A stretch of 63,927 nucleotides of DNA, the filler included, from Chlamydiia bacterium (lineage in GTDB: Bacteria > Chlamydiota > Chlamydiia > Chlamydiales > FEN-1388), in NCBI GenBank assembly GCA_903848235.1. It is 9 parts of 9 records of this genome, joined end to end, with 100 filler letters (N's around TTAATTAATTAA, not from the genome) between each part and the next. Parts side by side here need not be neighbours in the genome. Positions count along the whole stretch, not along the records: positions 29,038 to 50,495 come from CAINFV010000053.1; 8 more parts are not named here. One strand, given 5' to 3'. A program made the translations under genes and the position numbers. Every line of letters begins with the position of its first letter. Positions within the stretch are counted from its first letter, which is position 1. The notes beneath the pieces are model-generated. The model was not told the DNA's origin and did no database searches. It worked only from the letters and a program-made list of their open reading frames with translations. Positions 29,038 to 39,084 of the stretch are shown in pieces.

Positions 29038-29760
29038 GAACACCGGTCGTGGCGGTTCTTGTGCTTCAAGGAGGTCGAATGCATACGAATCCATCCGATC
29101 GCGAAAATTTTGAAAGATCTGATTTAAACGAGACGGCTCTGTCATGCCAATATAGGTCAGATCTGCAATTTTTCTTGAGGTCAAAGCCGTAGCCTTTCCT
29201 CCATATTCTAAGGCCATGCCTACCATGGGAAGTAGCGATACTGCCGCCTTCCAGATTCTCGATAGCGCCCCTCTTCCGGCAGAACTCAGCACTCGCTCTG
29301 CCGCTCTCTCTCCTCTTTCTAGAGAGACTGTAGGGCCGCCTATATAAGGGATATACGAAACAGCATGATCGGCTGCATCTCCGACACCCACTCGAACACC
29401 CATAGCCTTATGAAAATACTCTTCAGTATACGTCGAGCCTGCTAGACCAACTCTACGGGCCACATCCGTTTGAAGAATTTTTCCCATTATCTCCGTCAAC
29501 CGGCCTGCCACTGACAAGGCATGTCCGCCGATCCATCCTATGGCGCTTAAACTCGCGACAACAGGACGAAACGTCAGTTGATTCGCAGCACTCCCTGCTA
29601 ATGAGAGCACCTTCGCTCCCAATCCTACTGGGACAGCAACGTAATAGATCCCGTGTGCCATGACAGGCTCTACCTTTCTGCCAACAAAAGACCCTGAACT
29701 AGGAGGAAGAGACAGCCCCATCTGTGGAACGCCAGACTCACCTTCAATTTTTAAAACCAT
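29038..29760 (-). CDS. Hypothetical protein (3' partial), effector-like
   Basis: ATG 29760 with GGAGGG upstream; Gly/Ala-rich weakly hydrophobic helices. Confidence 0.6.
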
Positions 29761-29909
29761 GAGTTTCCCTCCGATGTGAAACACCACTCTACTGCAATTA
29801 TTTTTTTTCACCTACCAGCCAGTTGTTTTTTTCCTTCGAAATGAGTGCAACATGGCAATGTAGCGATTGAGAAAAATTCCATGAAGCGGGTACGATGGTG
29901 CTGCGTTCC

Positions 29910-29981
29910 GGGCGCATAGCTCAGCGGCAGAGCACCTGTCTTACACACAGGTGGTCACAGGTTCGAATCCTGTTGCGCCCA
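29910..29981 (+). tRNA. tRNA-Val(TAC)
   Basis: GGGCGCA acceptor, CCTGT-CTTACAC-ACAGG anticodon arm, GGTTCGAATCC T-arm. Confidence 0.96.
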
Positions 29982-30036
29982 TGCGCCGTATTGACGAGAG
30001 ATGAATGTCTCTTTCATTGATGGGCGCGAACGTTTT

Positions 30037-30110
30037 GCGGGGGTAGTTCAACTGGTTAGAACGCCAGCTTGTCACGTTGGAGGTTGCGGGTTCGATCCCC
30101 GTCTCCCGCG
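30037..30110 (+). tRNA. tRNA-Asp(GTC)
   Basis: GCGGGGG acceptor, CCAGC-TTGTCAC-GTTGG anticodon arm, GGTTCGATCCC. Confidence 0.96.
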
Positions 30111-30120
30111 ATCTTATGAG

Positions 30121-30158
30121 AAGACTCATAGAGAGCAGTCTCTATGAGTCTTTTTTTT
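30121..30158 (+). terminator. Intrinsic terminator after the tRNA pair
   Basis: AAGACTCATAGAGA-GCAG-TCTCTATGAGTCTT followed by a T-run. Confidence 0.85.
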
Positions 30159-30183
30159 CTTATGCCACTCATGCAGAGAAGCT

Positions 30184-31113
30184 ATGCAAAATACTCAAAT
30201 TCATGATCATCTCAACAGATTTTTCGCCCACTTCACAAATACTCTTTGGATCATGCTGGGATGTGCCATAGCGGCTTTTGCCATCAAGATATTCTTCATC
30301 CCTAATAACCTCATTGACGGTGGGACGGTAGGCCTCGCTATGATCCTTGGGCGTATTGTCGGGATCGAATGGCTGCCTGTATTCATCGTTCTCTTTACAC
30401 TTCCCTTTGTGGTCTTTGCGTCAAAGGTAATCGGCCGCCTCTTTGTCTTAAACACCATGATTGCCATCGCCTCCTTTGCCATCTCCTTAGCCCTCATCCC
30501 CCATCTCTTCCACACCCCATTTCATGGTGAAGCCCTTGAAGTAGTAGTCATTGGCGGAGGGATTTTAGGAGTTGGAATAGGAATCATTATTCGGGGCGGG
30601 GGCTGCCTTGACGGCACAGAAATCTTAGGACTCATTGCAAACCGCCGCCTTGGATTTACCGTCGGGCAGATTGTCTTCTTCTGCAATATCATCGTCTTTA
30701 GCATGGCAGGATTGGTTTTTAAAGAATGGCATCCGCCGTTGATGTCGATGATTACCTTTATCGTTGTTGCCAGAGTGTTAGATTTTGTCCTCGTCGGCCT
30801 TGACGAGACAAAATCCGTCCTTGTCATCTCCTCGAAGTATCATGAGGTTGAAAAGGCCGTCATGCACGAGCTTGGCATCGGCCTTACCGTCATGTACGGA
30901 AGAGGAGGCTTTTCTGGAGAATCAAGAGAAATTCTGTATATTATCATCGAGCGTCTTCGCTTAGCCGAACTCAAAGAGTTAATTTACTCCATAGACCCTA
31001 TGGCTTTTATAGCCATCGAGTCTCTGCACGAAGTGTCCTCTGGACGAAACCGCGGGAAGCCTTTCCGTAGGCAACAAACCGTCAAAAAACACCTTCCCTC
31101 CCTGCCCAAATAG
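30184..31113 (+). CDS. YitT family membrane protein (DUF161/DUF2179)
   Basis: PNNLIDGGTVG, GGCLDGTEI, GRGGFSG, IDPMAFI. Confidence 0.9.
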   Translation: MQNTQIHDHLNRFFAHFTNTLWIMLGCAIAAFAIKIFFIPNNLIDGGTVGLAMILGRIVGIEWLPVFIVLFTLPFVVFASKVIGRLFVLNTMIAIASFAISLALIPHLFHTPFHGEALEVVVIGGGILGVGIGIIIRGGGCLDGTEILGLIANRRLGFTVGQIVFFCNIIVFSMAGLVFKEWHPPLMSMITFIVVARVLDFVLVGLDETKSVLVISSKYHEVEKAVMHELGIGLTVMYGRGGFSGESREILYIIIERLRLAELKELIYSIDPMAFIAIESLHEVSSGRNRGKPFRRQQTVKKHLPSLPK

Positions 31114-31301
31114 TGAATCCTCGTGGTTAGCCGGATATACGTGTAAAAAAATCTTCCCGCAAACTATCTAATAATTTTACGCGCTTTTTCACATTGATCT
31201 ATAGCTTTCGAAGCATTACAATACCTGAATTATATAAAAGCGTTATTCGCTCCTTAATGGTAAGCGATATATAAACAATAATCTCGTGTTGGAATATAAA
31301 T

Positions 31302-31937
31302 ATGAACGTACGATTAGCAGTCTTTCTTGCCTCAGCTATATGCCTCCTCGCCGGATGCGCAAAAAGCCCCTTTGCCCAAATAGCAAATAAAGACGTCAGC
31401 AACTACAGCACAACCTACATTTTGCCAATCAACGTTACGGCCAATCCACGGATAGAGCTCGTCGTAGAGCCACCAAAAGACATGTCAACACAGCAACAAT
31501 CTATTCAGTCCTTTCTTCGATCAAAAGAAAGCGCTGTCGCATACACGACTAAAATCGATCGAAACAAAGTTTTTTCCAAATATTTAGCGATCATGAAGTT
31601 TATCGGGAAAGGATTCACCTCTAAGCAATTGTTGGCCATGGCGATCGACGAATCCACGAATTCCTCACCACGCGTAGAAGTGATACGATACGAAATCACT
31701 ACTGAAAAGACCTACGAACACTCAATGGCACTCATTCAATATACTATACCCAGCGGGACCCCTTCGCTATTGTACATCGAAATGTATAGTGGACCTTATG
31801 ATGCCTGCGGTGTTGTACAATCAGAATTATTAGATGGATGGCTTACCGGAAGCGATCGAGAACAGAGAGCAGCTGCGACCGTACAATCCACTTCCTCCTA
31901 CGTACATCTCTTAAACAACGGCACAAACACATTATAA
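31302..31937 (+). CDS. Putative lipoprotein
   Basis: Lipobox LLAGC after a hydrophobic N-terminus. Confidence 0.7.
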   Translation: MNVRLAVFLASAICLLAGCAKSPFAQIANKDVSNYSTTYILPINVTANPRIELVVEPPKDMSTQQQSIQSFLRSKESAVAYTTKIDRNKVFSKYLAIMKFIGKGFTSKQLLAMAIDESTNSSPRVEVIRYEITTEKTYEHSMALIQYTIPSGTPSLLYIEMYSGPYDACGVVQSELLDGWLTGSDREQRAAATVQSTSSYVHLLNNGTNTL

Positions 31938-31975
31938 TACGTAATTAAACAACAATCACCACGCAGGATTTTCTT

Positions 31976-32641
31976 ATGAGAAACCTTCCGTTGAAATCGT
32001 TTAAAAAGATTTTCCGGTTAACAGTATTCTTTGCTCTCATAGCTGCCAGCTCGCTGTTTGGAGAAACACAAAGCCATACCCTCTCACCAGCGGACACTGA
32101 AATCGTGAAACACGACGCGACAAGCTACACGTTGTCGATTGATCCTAGCAGCCCAGGGCTACAGTTAAAAGTCACTCCTCCTCCTGGAACATACACCCTT
32201 GGCTCTTACTACAAACAGTTTCAAGCAAAAACATCCCCTATCCTCGAATATATCCCTACAGGAGAAACCTTCGATAACTGGTCATCAATTTTCACCATTG
32301 ACCAATCGAGTTTACGTACGGCCCAGTCAAGCCCGAATTTGTCAGCCCAACACATCACGGGCCTAATCTCCTGGATCTCAACTCAGGCCCGAAAAGTGTC
32401 TCTCATTCACCATGAAACTGTAGTCAAAAAAGATTTTTCCATATCTAAAGCTGCGATCCAATATCAACTACACGATGGAAAATGCGAACTCTTGTACGCA
32501 GAATATTACTGCAAAGGCAAAACGGTGTGCGGAATCCAGTATACCGAAAAATTGATCCAATGGATCAATTCCTCCGAAGCCCAAAAAGAAACTGATAAAA
32601 TCTCGAAGAAAGTCGAAGGGCTGTTGAGCGTGGTTGGCTAA
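31976..32641 (+). CDS. Putative exported protein, probable paralog of the upstream lipoprotein
   Basis: Signal peptide; EYIPTGETFDNWS; shared IQY...LLY.E.Y......CG motif. Confidence 0.7.
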   Translation: MRNLPLKSFKKIFRLTVFFALIAASSLFGETQSHTLSPADTEIVKHDATSYTLSIDPSSPGLQLKVTPPPGTYTLGSYYKQFQAKTSPILEYIPTGETFDNWSSIFTIDQSSLRTAQSSPNLSAQHITGLISWISTQARKVSLIHHETVVKKDFSISKAAIQYQLHDGKCELLYAEYYCKGKTVCGIQYTEKLIQWINSSEAQKETDKISKKVEGLLSVVG

Positions 32642-32720
32642 ACTCACGAGCCACAGACCGGAAAAAATACACCCAAATCGTAAAACATTTCTTCTTTTTG
32701 TGACGTCTCGTGACATGACG

Positions 32721-33308
32721 TCACTGCTCTCTCCATCGCTTGATAGCTGATGGCAGCCCAAAGCGATCGAGAATGCGGGACACGATACTGTCTTCGACAT
32801 CTTCGATCGTCTTCGGCCGTTGATACCATGCAGGCTGTGGAGGCATGATCACAACCCCTAGCCGCGACAGCTTGAGCATGTGCTCCAGATGAATGGAAGA
32901 CAGGGGCATCTCTCGTGGGACAAGAAGCAGCTTTCGGCCCTCCTTGATGGTCACATCAGCGGCACGACGTAATAAGTTATCAGCAAGGCCTATGCTCACA
33001 GCCGCCAATGTAGACATGCTGCATGGCACAATTATCATCCCACACGTCCGATACGTGCCGCTTGCTACTTGTGAAGCAATGTCGTGAATCGAAAGACAGC
33101 GAATTTTGGAATGAAGGCTCTCTGGAAACCTCCGCAGGAGCATCTCATCTGTATCATAGGAGGCGTCGAGCTCTTCAAACGCCGTCCTTCTGGCAGCATC
33201 TGTCATGATAAGGTCGACATGAAGACCGGCATTACAACAAAGCTCAACAGTTCGAAATCCTAGAATGACTCCCGAGGCACCACTGATGCCTATGACAATG
33301 CTTTCCAT
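32721..33308 (-). CDS. ubiX: Flavin prenyltransferase
   Basis: GISGASG, ASGT, PCSMSTLA, RAADVTIKEGR, REMP. Confidence 0.95.
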   Translation of the reverse strand: MESIVIGISGASGVILGFRTVELCCNAGLHVDLIMTDAARRTAFEELDASYDTDEMLLRRFPESLHSKIRCLSIHDIASQVASGTYRTCGMIIVPCSMSTLAAVSIGLADNLLRRAADVTIKEGRKLLLVPREMPLSSIHLEHMLKLSRLGVVIMPPQPAWYQRPKTIEDVEDSIVSRILDRFGLPSAIKRWREQ

Positions 33309-34201
33309 GCCTTATCTATAGCTAAAATGATCAACGATGACAAAGAAAAGCCCACAAGAAGTATAGGAAACGCCTTTGCCAATTTTTCCGATGGATTTTC
33401 CCATACAGAATGCCACAACGTCAACAAGCTGATCATGCACACTCCCCAGGGAATATAGCACAATGGTGTCACGCCAGCATTGATAAGGGCAAAGCTAATA
33501 GCGACAAAGGCAATCACATGAAGCATTGATGCTGTTTCTAATGCCTTGCCAGTCCCAAATCGCGAAGGAATGCTGTACAGCCCGAACCGACGGTCAAACA
33601 GTTCGTCTTGCATAGCATAGAGAATGTCAGTGCCAGAGACGGCAGCAAAGGCCGCCACACTGAACAAGGCAGCAGAGAGCGTGACATTCCCACACTGCCA
33701 TAATGCCCCTGCAATGGGAAGGCACGCATGGATGAAACCAAGAACAAAATGACAGCTAGAAGTAAAGCGCTTTGTAAACGAGTAGAAAAGAACAGCAATA
33801 GCCACCGCTATTCCTATCCATCGAATACTAGGCGAAAAGAAAAAACAGGTGAAAAGAAAGAGAGCGAGCGTGAGAAGGGCGTAAGCCGCCAGCTCCTGAG
33901 GAGAAATCCTTCCACTGGGAAGTGCCCGCCGTGCGGTACGAGGATTGCGAGAATCTATCTGCCAGTCTATTAATCGATTCCAACACATACCAGAAAAACG
34001 AGCTGACGTCACACCCACAACAAGCGCAAGAAATGACCAATCAGAGAACAAACGCACAGGACCGCTGCAGCAAAAAACACCCGCCAATAGCCAGGCGAGG
34101 CCTGATATTGTCTGCCACGGCAGCACTGTCTCTTTGAACAGCAAAACATGTCGCTGTATTGACGCTGCAACTGTCAACGGACGATCTTCGCGATGCCTCA
34201 T
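33290..34201 (-). CDS. UbiA-family prenyltransferase (MqnP-like, menaquinone futalosine route)
   Basis: NRLIDWQIDSRNPRTARRALP, YSFTKRFT, DILYAMQD. Confidence 0.88.
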   Translation of the reverse strand: MRHREDRPLTVAASIQRHVLLFKETVLPWQTISGLAWLLAGVFCCSGPVRLFSDWSFLALVVGVTSARFSGMCWNRLIDWQIDSRNPRTARRALPSGRISPQELAAYALLTLALFLFTCFFFSPSIRWIGIAVAIAVLFYSFTKRFTSSCHFVLGFIHACLPIAGALWQCGNVTLSAALFSVAAFAAVSGTDILYAMQDELFDRRFGLYSIPSRFGTGKALETASMLHVIAFVAISFALINAGVTPLCYIPWGVCMISLLTLWHSVWENPSEKLAKAFPILLVGFSLSSLIILAIDKAWKALS

Positions 34202-34308
34202 TTCCAGTCCTCCTTTTCCGTGAGGCTACACATTATCTCTTTTCTTTTTGAGTGAAAAATTGCAAAAAGGATAAAAATGGGCAATATCAATGTGAGGAGA
34301 TCCCCTTT

Positions 34309-35007
34309 ATGAGTGAATTTCTCTATCCCGGTGACTCTGGGCTTATGCAGCAGAATTCATGGCGTCTTTTTCGAATTATGGCAGAGTTTGTCAATGGCTT
34401 TGAGACATTTACCGGGGCGGGCCCCTTTATCTCTGTTTTTGGTTCCGCCAGGATGAAGAAAACTCATCGATATTACAAACTCGCCTACGAGGTGTCGACA
34501 AAGATTGCTCAGAAGGGGTTCTCAGTAATCACAGGCTCCGGCCCTGGGTTAATGGAAGCTGTTAATAAAGCGGCACAGGAGGCTGGCAAAGCGTCAGCAG
34601 GTCTTGTCCCCGATCTGCCCTATGAGCCCACGCCCAATAAATACATCGATCCTCAGTTCTGCCCACGGTTTCGTTATTTCTTTGTCCGCAAAGTGATGTT
34701 TGTCCGATACGCACAAGGGTTTATCTTCTTGCCTGGTGGATACGGCACAATGGATGAACTATTTGAGATTTTAACGCTCGTACAAACGAAAAGAACACTT
34801 CCAGTCCCTATCTATCTCATGGGAACCGATTACTGGAAAGGGCTTGTCGACTGGATACGGACAACGATGATCAATGAACATACTCTCTGTAAAAAAGAAT
34901 CCCATCTATTCACCCTCACCGACGACCCTGACGAAGTGGCAAATGGATTACTGGATGGATACCACTCGCGCATGACAATACAGCAGGAGGTCATAGAGAC
35001 TATTTGA
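34309..35007 (+). CDS. LOG family (TIGR00730) Rossmann-fold protein
   Basis: SVFGSAR, TGSGPGLMEA, FRYFFVRKVMF, PGGYGTMDE; GAGGAG RBS. Confidence 0.92.
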   Translation: MSEFLYPGDSGLMQQNSWRLFRIMAEFVNGFETFTGAGPFISVFGSARMKKTHRYYKLAYEVSTKIAQKGFSVITGSGPGLMEAVNKAAQEAGKASAGLVPDLPYEPTPNKYIDPQFCPRFRYFFVRKVMFVRYAQGFIFLPGGYGTMDELFEILTLVQTKRTLPVPIYLMGTDYWKGLVDWIRTTMINEHTLCKKESHLFTLTDDPDEVANGLLDGYHSRMTIQQEVIETI

Positions 35008-36151
35008 CAGAACCAAGGCTTGCTCGTTGCAGCTGAACACAGCCAATGACAGCAGCAGCGGCCTCTCTGACATCGTCTTCTGTAGTGCTTTTCCCAAGCG
35101 AAAACCGCACTGAAGCAGCAGCTCTTTGTGCTGAATAGCCCATCTCTAGCAGCACTCGCGAGGCTTCAACAGAGCCGGAAGCACAAGCGGCACCGTGGCT
35201 TGCTGCTACACCTGCTAAATCCAGCTGGATGAGAAGCCCCTCGCCATCGACATCTTCAAAAGCAAGGTTTGACGTATTTGACACACGAGGCCCTTCGCCA
35301 TTCACAGATACACCAGACAGTCCGTCGAACACCAACTTTTCGAAAAGATCTCGGAGCGTCTCCATTTTCGCTGATGCTTCGGCCATCTCCCCGAGAACTA
35401 GCTCTAAAGCCACAGCGCAGGCATAGATGGCGGGGACATTCTCGCTCCCCCCCCTATGTCCAGACTCTTGTCCGCCGCCTTCAATAAGAGGACGGAAAGA
35501 AACTCCATGATTCAAAATGGCAAAACCGACGCCGCAGGGCGCATAGATTTTATAAGAGCTAAAACAGGCGGCAGCCACACCTTCATGCATAATGAAAGGA
35601 TCTTTGCCAAGCGCAGCCACGCCATCGACAAGAAGTGGAATTTCATACTTCGCAGCAACGGCAGCACAACCTTTGATATCTGTGATAACACCTGTCTCAT
35701 TATTCACAGACATCAGAGCAATCCCCGTTGTCTTCTCAGTGATGGCCTTCTCTAGCGCTTCAGGATGCACAGCACCATATGGCCCCACTTTCAGAAAATC
35801 CGCTGTCTTCCCCTCATGTTGAAGAGATCTGCAGCACTGCCATACAGCGACATGTTCTGCCACACTGGTGATAACATGAGCTCCTTTGGCAGGCGCTAGA
35901 AGCCCATGAACCAGAGTTGTAAGAGCTTCTGTTGCTGTTGAAAAGAAGACAACTTGCTGAGGAAGAACAGAAAATTGACGAGCAATCCTGGAGCGGGCTT
36001 CTGCAAGAAGAGCCTTTGCTGCCTGCCCTTCTTTGTGGATACTCGACGCGTTGCCCCACACCTCCCGCCTCACATGAACGTATTCTGAAAAGACTCTAGG
36101 ATCTATGGGCGTTGCGGCGTTGTAATCAAGAAAGATTCTATGTGTTTGCAT
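35000..36151 (-). CDS. Cysteine desulfurase (IscS/NifS group I)
   Basis: LDYNAATP, GNASSIH, NNETG, SSYK, SHGAACASG. Confidence 0.92.
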   Translation of the reverse strand: MQTHRIFLDYNAATPIDPRVFSEYVHVRREVWGNASSIHKEGQAAKALLAEARSRIARQFSVLPQQVVFFSTATEALTTLVHGLLAPAKGAHVITSVAEHVAVWQCCRSLQHEGKTADFLKVGPYGAVHPEALEKAITEKTTGIALMSVNNETGVITDIKGCAAVAAKYEIPLLVDGVAALGKDPFIMHEGVAAACFSSYKIYAPCGVGFAILNHGVSFRPLIEGGGQESGHRGGSENVPAIYACAVALELVLGEMAEASAKMETLRDLFEKLVFDGLSGVSVNGEGPRVSNTSNLAFEDVDGEGLLIQLDLAGVAASHGAACASGSVEASRVLLEMGYSAQRAAASVRFSLGKSTTEDDVREAAAAVIGCVQLQRASLGSVK

Positions 36152-36896
36152 GTACGACCTCGATGAGGATAACGGTGATGTTGTCACCCCCTCCCTTATG
36201 TTTTGCAAAAGCCACAAGCATGCGAACCCTCTCGCCGATCGTCATGGGGCGGTTGAGGATAGATTCTATTTCATCATGGGTGACCATGTCAGTTAAGCCA
36301 TCGGTGCACAAAAGAAAAACGTCATGAGCCGCTATCGGCAGCAGGCGAATAGTAGACTCTACGATTGGCATGGTTCCAATAGCTCTTGTAAGAACCCCTT
36401 TTGCCATGCGGTCTTCAGGCTGAGGGGTAAATGCCATGCCACGGGTCCAGCAGTGATCTTTCGTCAGTTGCTCTAAAACACTGTCGCGTAGGAGATAAAT
36501 ACGAGAGTCGCCAACATGTGAGACAGCGGCCTTTTCACCGTGGAAGGTAAGAGCACAGAATGTCGTTCCCATCCCTTTGAGAAGCTCATGGGTCGTTGAC
36601 AGCTGAAAGACATGCTCATTTATTTTCTGAAAGCAAAGCGCAAGTCGCGCTTCAATCTCTGCGTCTGCCACAGGATCGTGGTTTTTATCAGGAAATTGCT
36701 CCACAAAGGCTGAGAAAAATTGTTCTACTGCCTCTCGTGCTGCCACCTCTCCTGCCTGATGACCTCCTAAGCCATCTGCTATGAGGAATATTTTGCCATC
36801 AGGACCAGCAATCCATGAATCTTCGTTATTCGTACGTACAAGACCGACGTCTGAAGCTCCATGAGAATGTACCTTAAATGGCATGGCAGACATCAC
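36138..36896 (-). CDS. PP2C-type Ser/Thr protein phosphatase
   Basis: NNED, ADGLGGH, GMGTT, HVGDSR, LCTDGL, GGDNIT. Confidence 0.93.
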   Translation of the reverse strand: MMSAMPFKVHSHGASDVGLVRTNNEDSWIAGPDGKIFLIADGLGGHQAGEVAAREAVEQFFSAFVEQFPDKNHDPVADAEIEARLALCFQKINEHVFQLSTTHELLKGMGTTFCALTFHGEKAAVSHVGDSRIYLLRDSVLEQLTKDHCWTRGMAFTPQPEDRMAKGVLTRAIGTMPIVESTIRLLPIAAHDVFLLCTDGLTDMVTHDEIESILNRPMTIGERVRMLVAFAKHKGGGDNITVILIEVVHANT

Positions 36897-36909
36897 TCCT
36901 TACGAATAC

Positions 36910-37785
36910 CTAAGAAAACCCAAAAAACAAACATAACGACGTCGCATTAAAAGCCGCATGCATACCGATAGAGGCACTAATAGAATCTTCTTTCGCTCGT
37001 ATCTTTGAAGCCAAAATCGAGAACACAAAAAGGCCTGCCATGATCTCAAAATTGCTACTCTTCTGCAATGGAGAATAATGGAAAAGAGCAAACGCCGCTG
37101 CCGTAAAAAATATCGCCAGCGTTGGATGCGCCAGGCCATTGAGAAATCCTTGGAGGAAGCCTCTGAAGAGCATCTCTTCGACGTAAGGGACAACTGTGAC
37201 GATAGTCAGAATCAGCAGCCAGAACAAGAGGCTCATTCCTCGGAGATGAGACAGAACTGCGAGCGCCACCTGCGGAGCACGAGTTTCAGGGCTGAAAACG
37301 TTGAAAAAAAGACCAATGACCCACGTGGCTAGCAAAATGACAGGGACGAATAAAAATCCCAGTACAGCCCCTTTTGCCCATTTTTTCCACCCTAAACTCT
37401 TTCCGGCAACAATAGAGTAAAGGTCAGCAGGAAGTAGGTTTGTAATGAAAGAAACAGCAATCGCTCCCACGATAACCCCTAAAAGCTGCTCAATGGCAAG
37501 CCATTCTACCGTTGTCAGAGGTGCTAGAGAGACTATGGATGGGATTTTCTGAACAGCGATGACAAGAGATCGAGCGACGGCAAAAGAAGCCAGGTAAGCG
37601 GCAAAGACAACGATTAGAAAAAATACCATGAGGAAAAACTGTCGTGCGGAAAAAGGAAATGCCTCGGACCGTTCTGGCATTGACAGCCACCCACCCTTAA
37701 AGGCGAGAAAAAACGCTGCGATCGTCCAGATAACAGCACCACCCCACCACCAGAGTGCGGGGATCTCTGAAGTAACCATGAACAT
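36910..37785 (-). CDS. CPBP/Abi (CAAX protease-like) intramembrane metalloprotease
   Basis: EEMLFRG, FALFH, MHAAFN. Confidence 0.9.
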   Translation of the reverse strand: MFMVTSEIPALWWWGGAVIWTIAAFFLAFKGGWLSMPERSEAFPFSARQFFLMVFFLIVVFAAYLASFAVARSLVIAVQKIPSIVSLAPLTTVEWLAIEQLLGVIVGAIAVSFITNLLPADLYSIVAGKSLGWKKWAKGAVLGFLFVPVILLATWVIGLFFNVFSPETRAPQVALAVLSHLRGMSLLFWLLILTIVTVVPYVEEMLFRGFLQGFLNGLAHPTLAIFFTAAAFALFHYSPLQKSSNFEIMAGLFVFSILASKIRAKEDSISASIGMHAAFNATSLCLFFGFS

Positions 37786-37893
37786 TGCTTGCCCCCATTT
37801 TGAAAGTCCTTACCATTCAAGGACTTGCCCAGAGACATCACCGTCAGCGGCATATACCGGTTCCAATTCTTCGACACAAATAGGCATAAAAAA

Positions 37894-37989
37894 AGCCGGA
37901 GAGTAAACGCGGCCTGCCCGATACCATTAAGGCTGCTACCTTCCGGTCCTGACCTGGTTCAAGCCGTTGCACTCCGCGAGCTCCCCGGC
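37894..37989 (-). ncRNA. ffs: Signal recognition particle RNA (4.5S)
   Basis: Minus strand carries the domain IV core TCAGGACCGGAAGGTAGCAGC inside a long hairpin closed by GCCGG/CCGGC, followed by a T-run. Confidence 0.9.
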
Positions 37990-38118
37990 ACACTGTCAGA
38001 ATCGTACGAAAAATGATATTTTATCCGCTACTATGATCGTAGAGCTCTGGATAAAGAGCTCCAGATAGTCACCTAGCAAATTGAATTCTGGCGAACAGGG
38101 CGCAAAGTGCGTTTTCAA

Positions 38119-38994
38119 TCAGACCCGTTTTTTTTCTGTGCCCAGTTTCAATTTTTCGGTTGCCAAACGCGCCTGCACTATCAGCTGCTCAAACTGAGGT
38201 TTCTTTTCACCATCAGATACCCATTGAGAATCCCGGAGAGTACTTAGAGCCTTGCTAAGATTTTCTCTGTCCGTCATTGGAATATCCTCGGCTGAATACC
38301 CCGACAAATCATTGATAAGCTTTTGTATTTCAAGGGTTAACTCTTTGGGTGTTAACAGCTTCTCACCGTCTTGTAGTATTGGCCTTGGGTCTTCCTCATT
38401 TATCGTCCTCAATGAAAACATTCCCGTTGTCTCGTTGAATACACTAAGAACACTTGACCCATCTTTGGAGACAGTGCCACAGGTAGGAATACTTTGCGCG
38501 AAAGCAAGAAGTGTGGCGATTTTACTCCTAAGAATAGATATCCCCTCTTTTTTTCCACTCTCCACGATCTTTGCGAGGTCATCGACCGCCGCCTTTACTT
38601 CCGAAGCCACTTCCTTTACTTCCAAAGCCTCTCTTTGAGCTGGGGGAGAAACCCGTGAAATCTTCCTTTTCCCTAAATGTGCAACAGCAGTTCCCACACT
38701 CTTTCCAGCCCGTATCAACTGCCGTATCGCATAATGTGCCAGTTCTTTAGCATTTTCTCGGAATCGCCCAAGTCTCGTTGTCACATCGACGAGCGACTCA
38801 GAGAGAGCCATGCGATCTGAACTCACAGGCGTTATTGTGGGGGGGCTGGAGCTTGAAGCAACCACCCCGACCCCTTCTGCAGCATCTGTAGCCCGTTCCG
38901 CCACACCCCCTTCTTTCTTTTCAGGTTTCGGGGAAAAAACATCAAGCTCGACCCCACGTTCAATAGGAGGAATTCCTTGTGAGAGCATATGCAC
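38119..38994 (-). CDS. Hypothetical protein, effector-like
   Basis: 291-aa ORF; GGAG near the start; Pro/Ser-rich N-terminus; helical. Confidence 0.65.
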   Translation of the reverse strand: MHMLSQGIPPIERGVELDVFSPKPEKKEGGVAERATDAAEGVGVVASSSSPPTITPVSSDRMALSESLVDVTTRLGRFRENAKELAHYAIRQLIRAGKSVGTAVAHLGKRKISRVSPPAQREALEVKEVASEVKAAVDDLAKIVESGKKEGISILRSKIATLLAFAQSIPTCGTVSKDGSSVLSVFNETTGMFSLRTINEEDPRPILQDGEKLLTPKELTLEIQKLINDLSGYSAEDIPMTDRENLSKALSTLRDSQWVSDGEKKPQFEQLIVQARLATEKLKLGTEKKRV

Positions 38995-39066
38995 TCCATA
39001 TAGATTGCTAAAAACAAATCCATACTACGAAAGAAGAGAAAAGGAAACAAAAAAAATTGTTTGGGG

Positions 39067-39084
39067 AAAAATGCTAAAGTCCAG
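39067..39084. repeat. Solo arm of palindromic element family A abutting the mazG stop codon
   Basis: AAAAATGCTAAAGTCCAG is the reverse complement of 2802-2819. Confidence 0.7.

Noticed and set aside
29941..30271. Short ORFs overlapping tRNA-Val/Asp (and 44993..45283 over tRNA-Leu)
   Set aside because: Shadow ORFs of tRNA genes.
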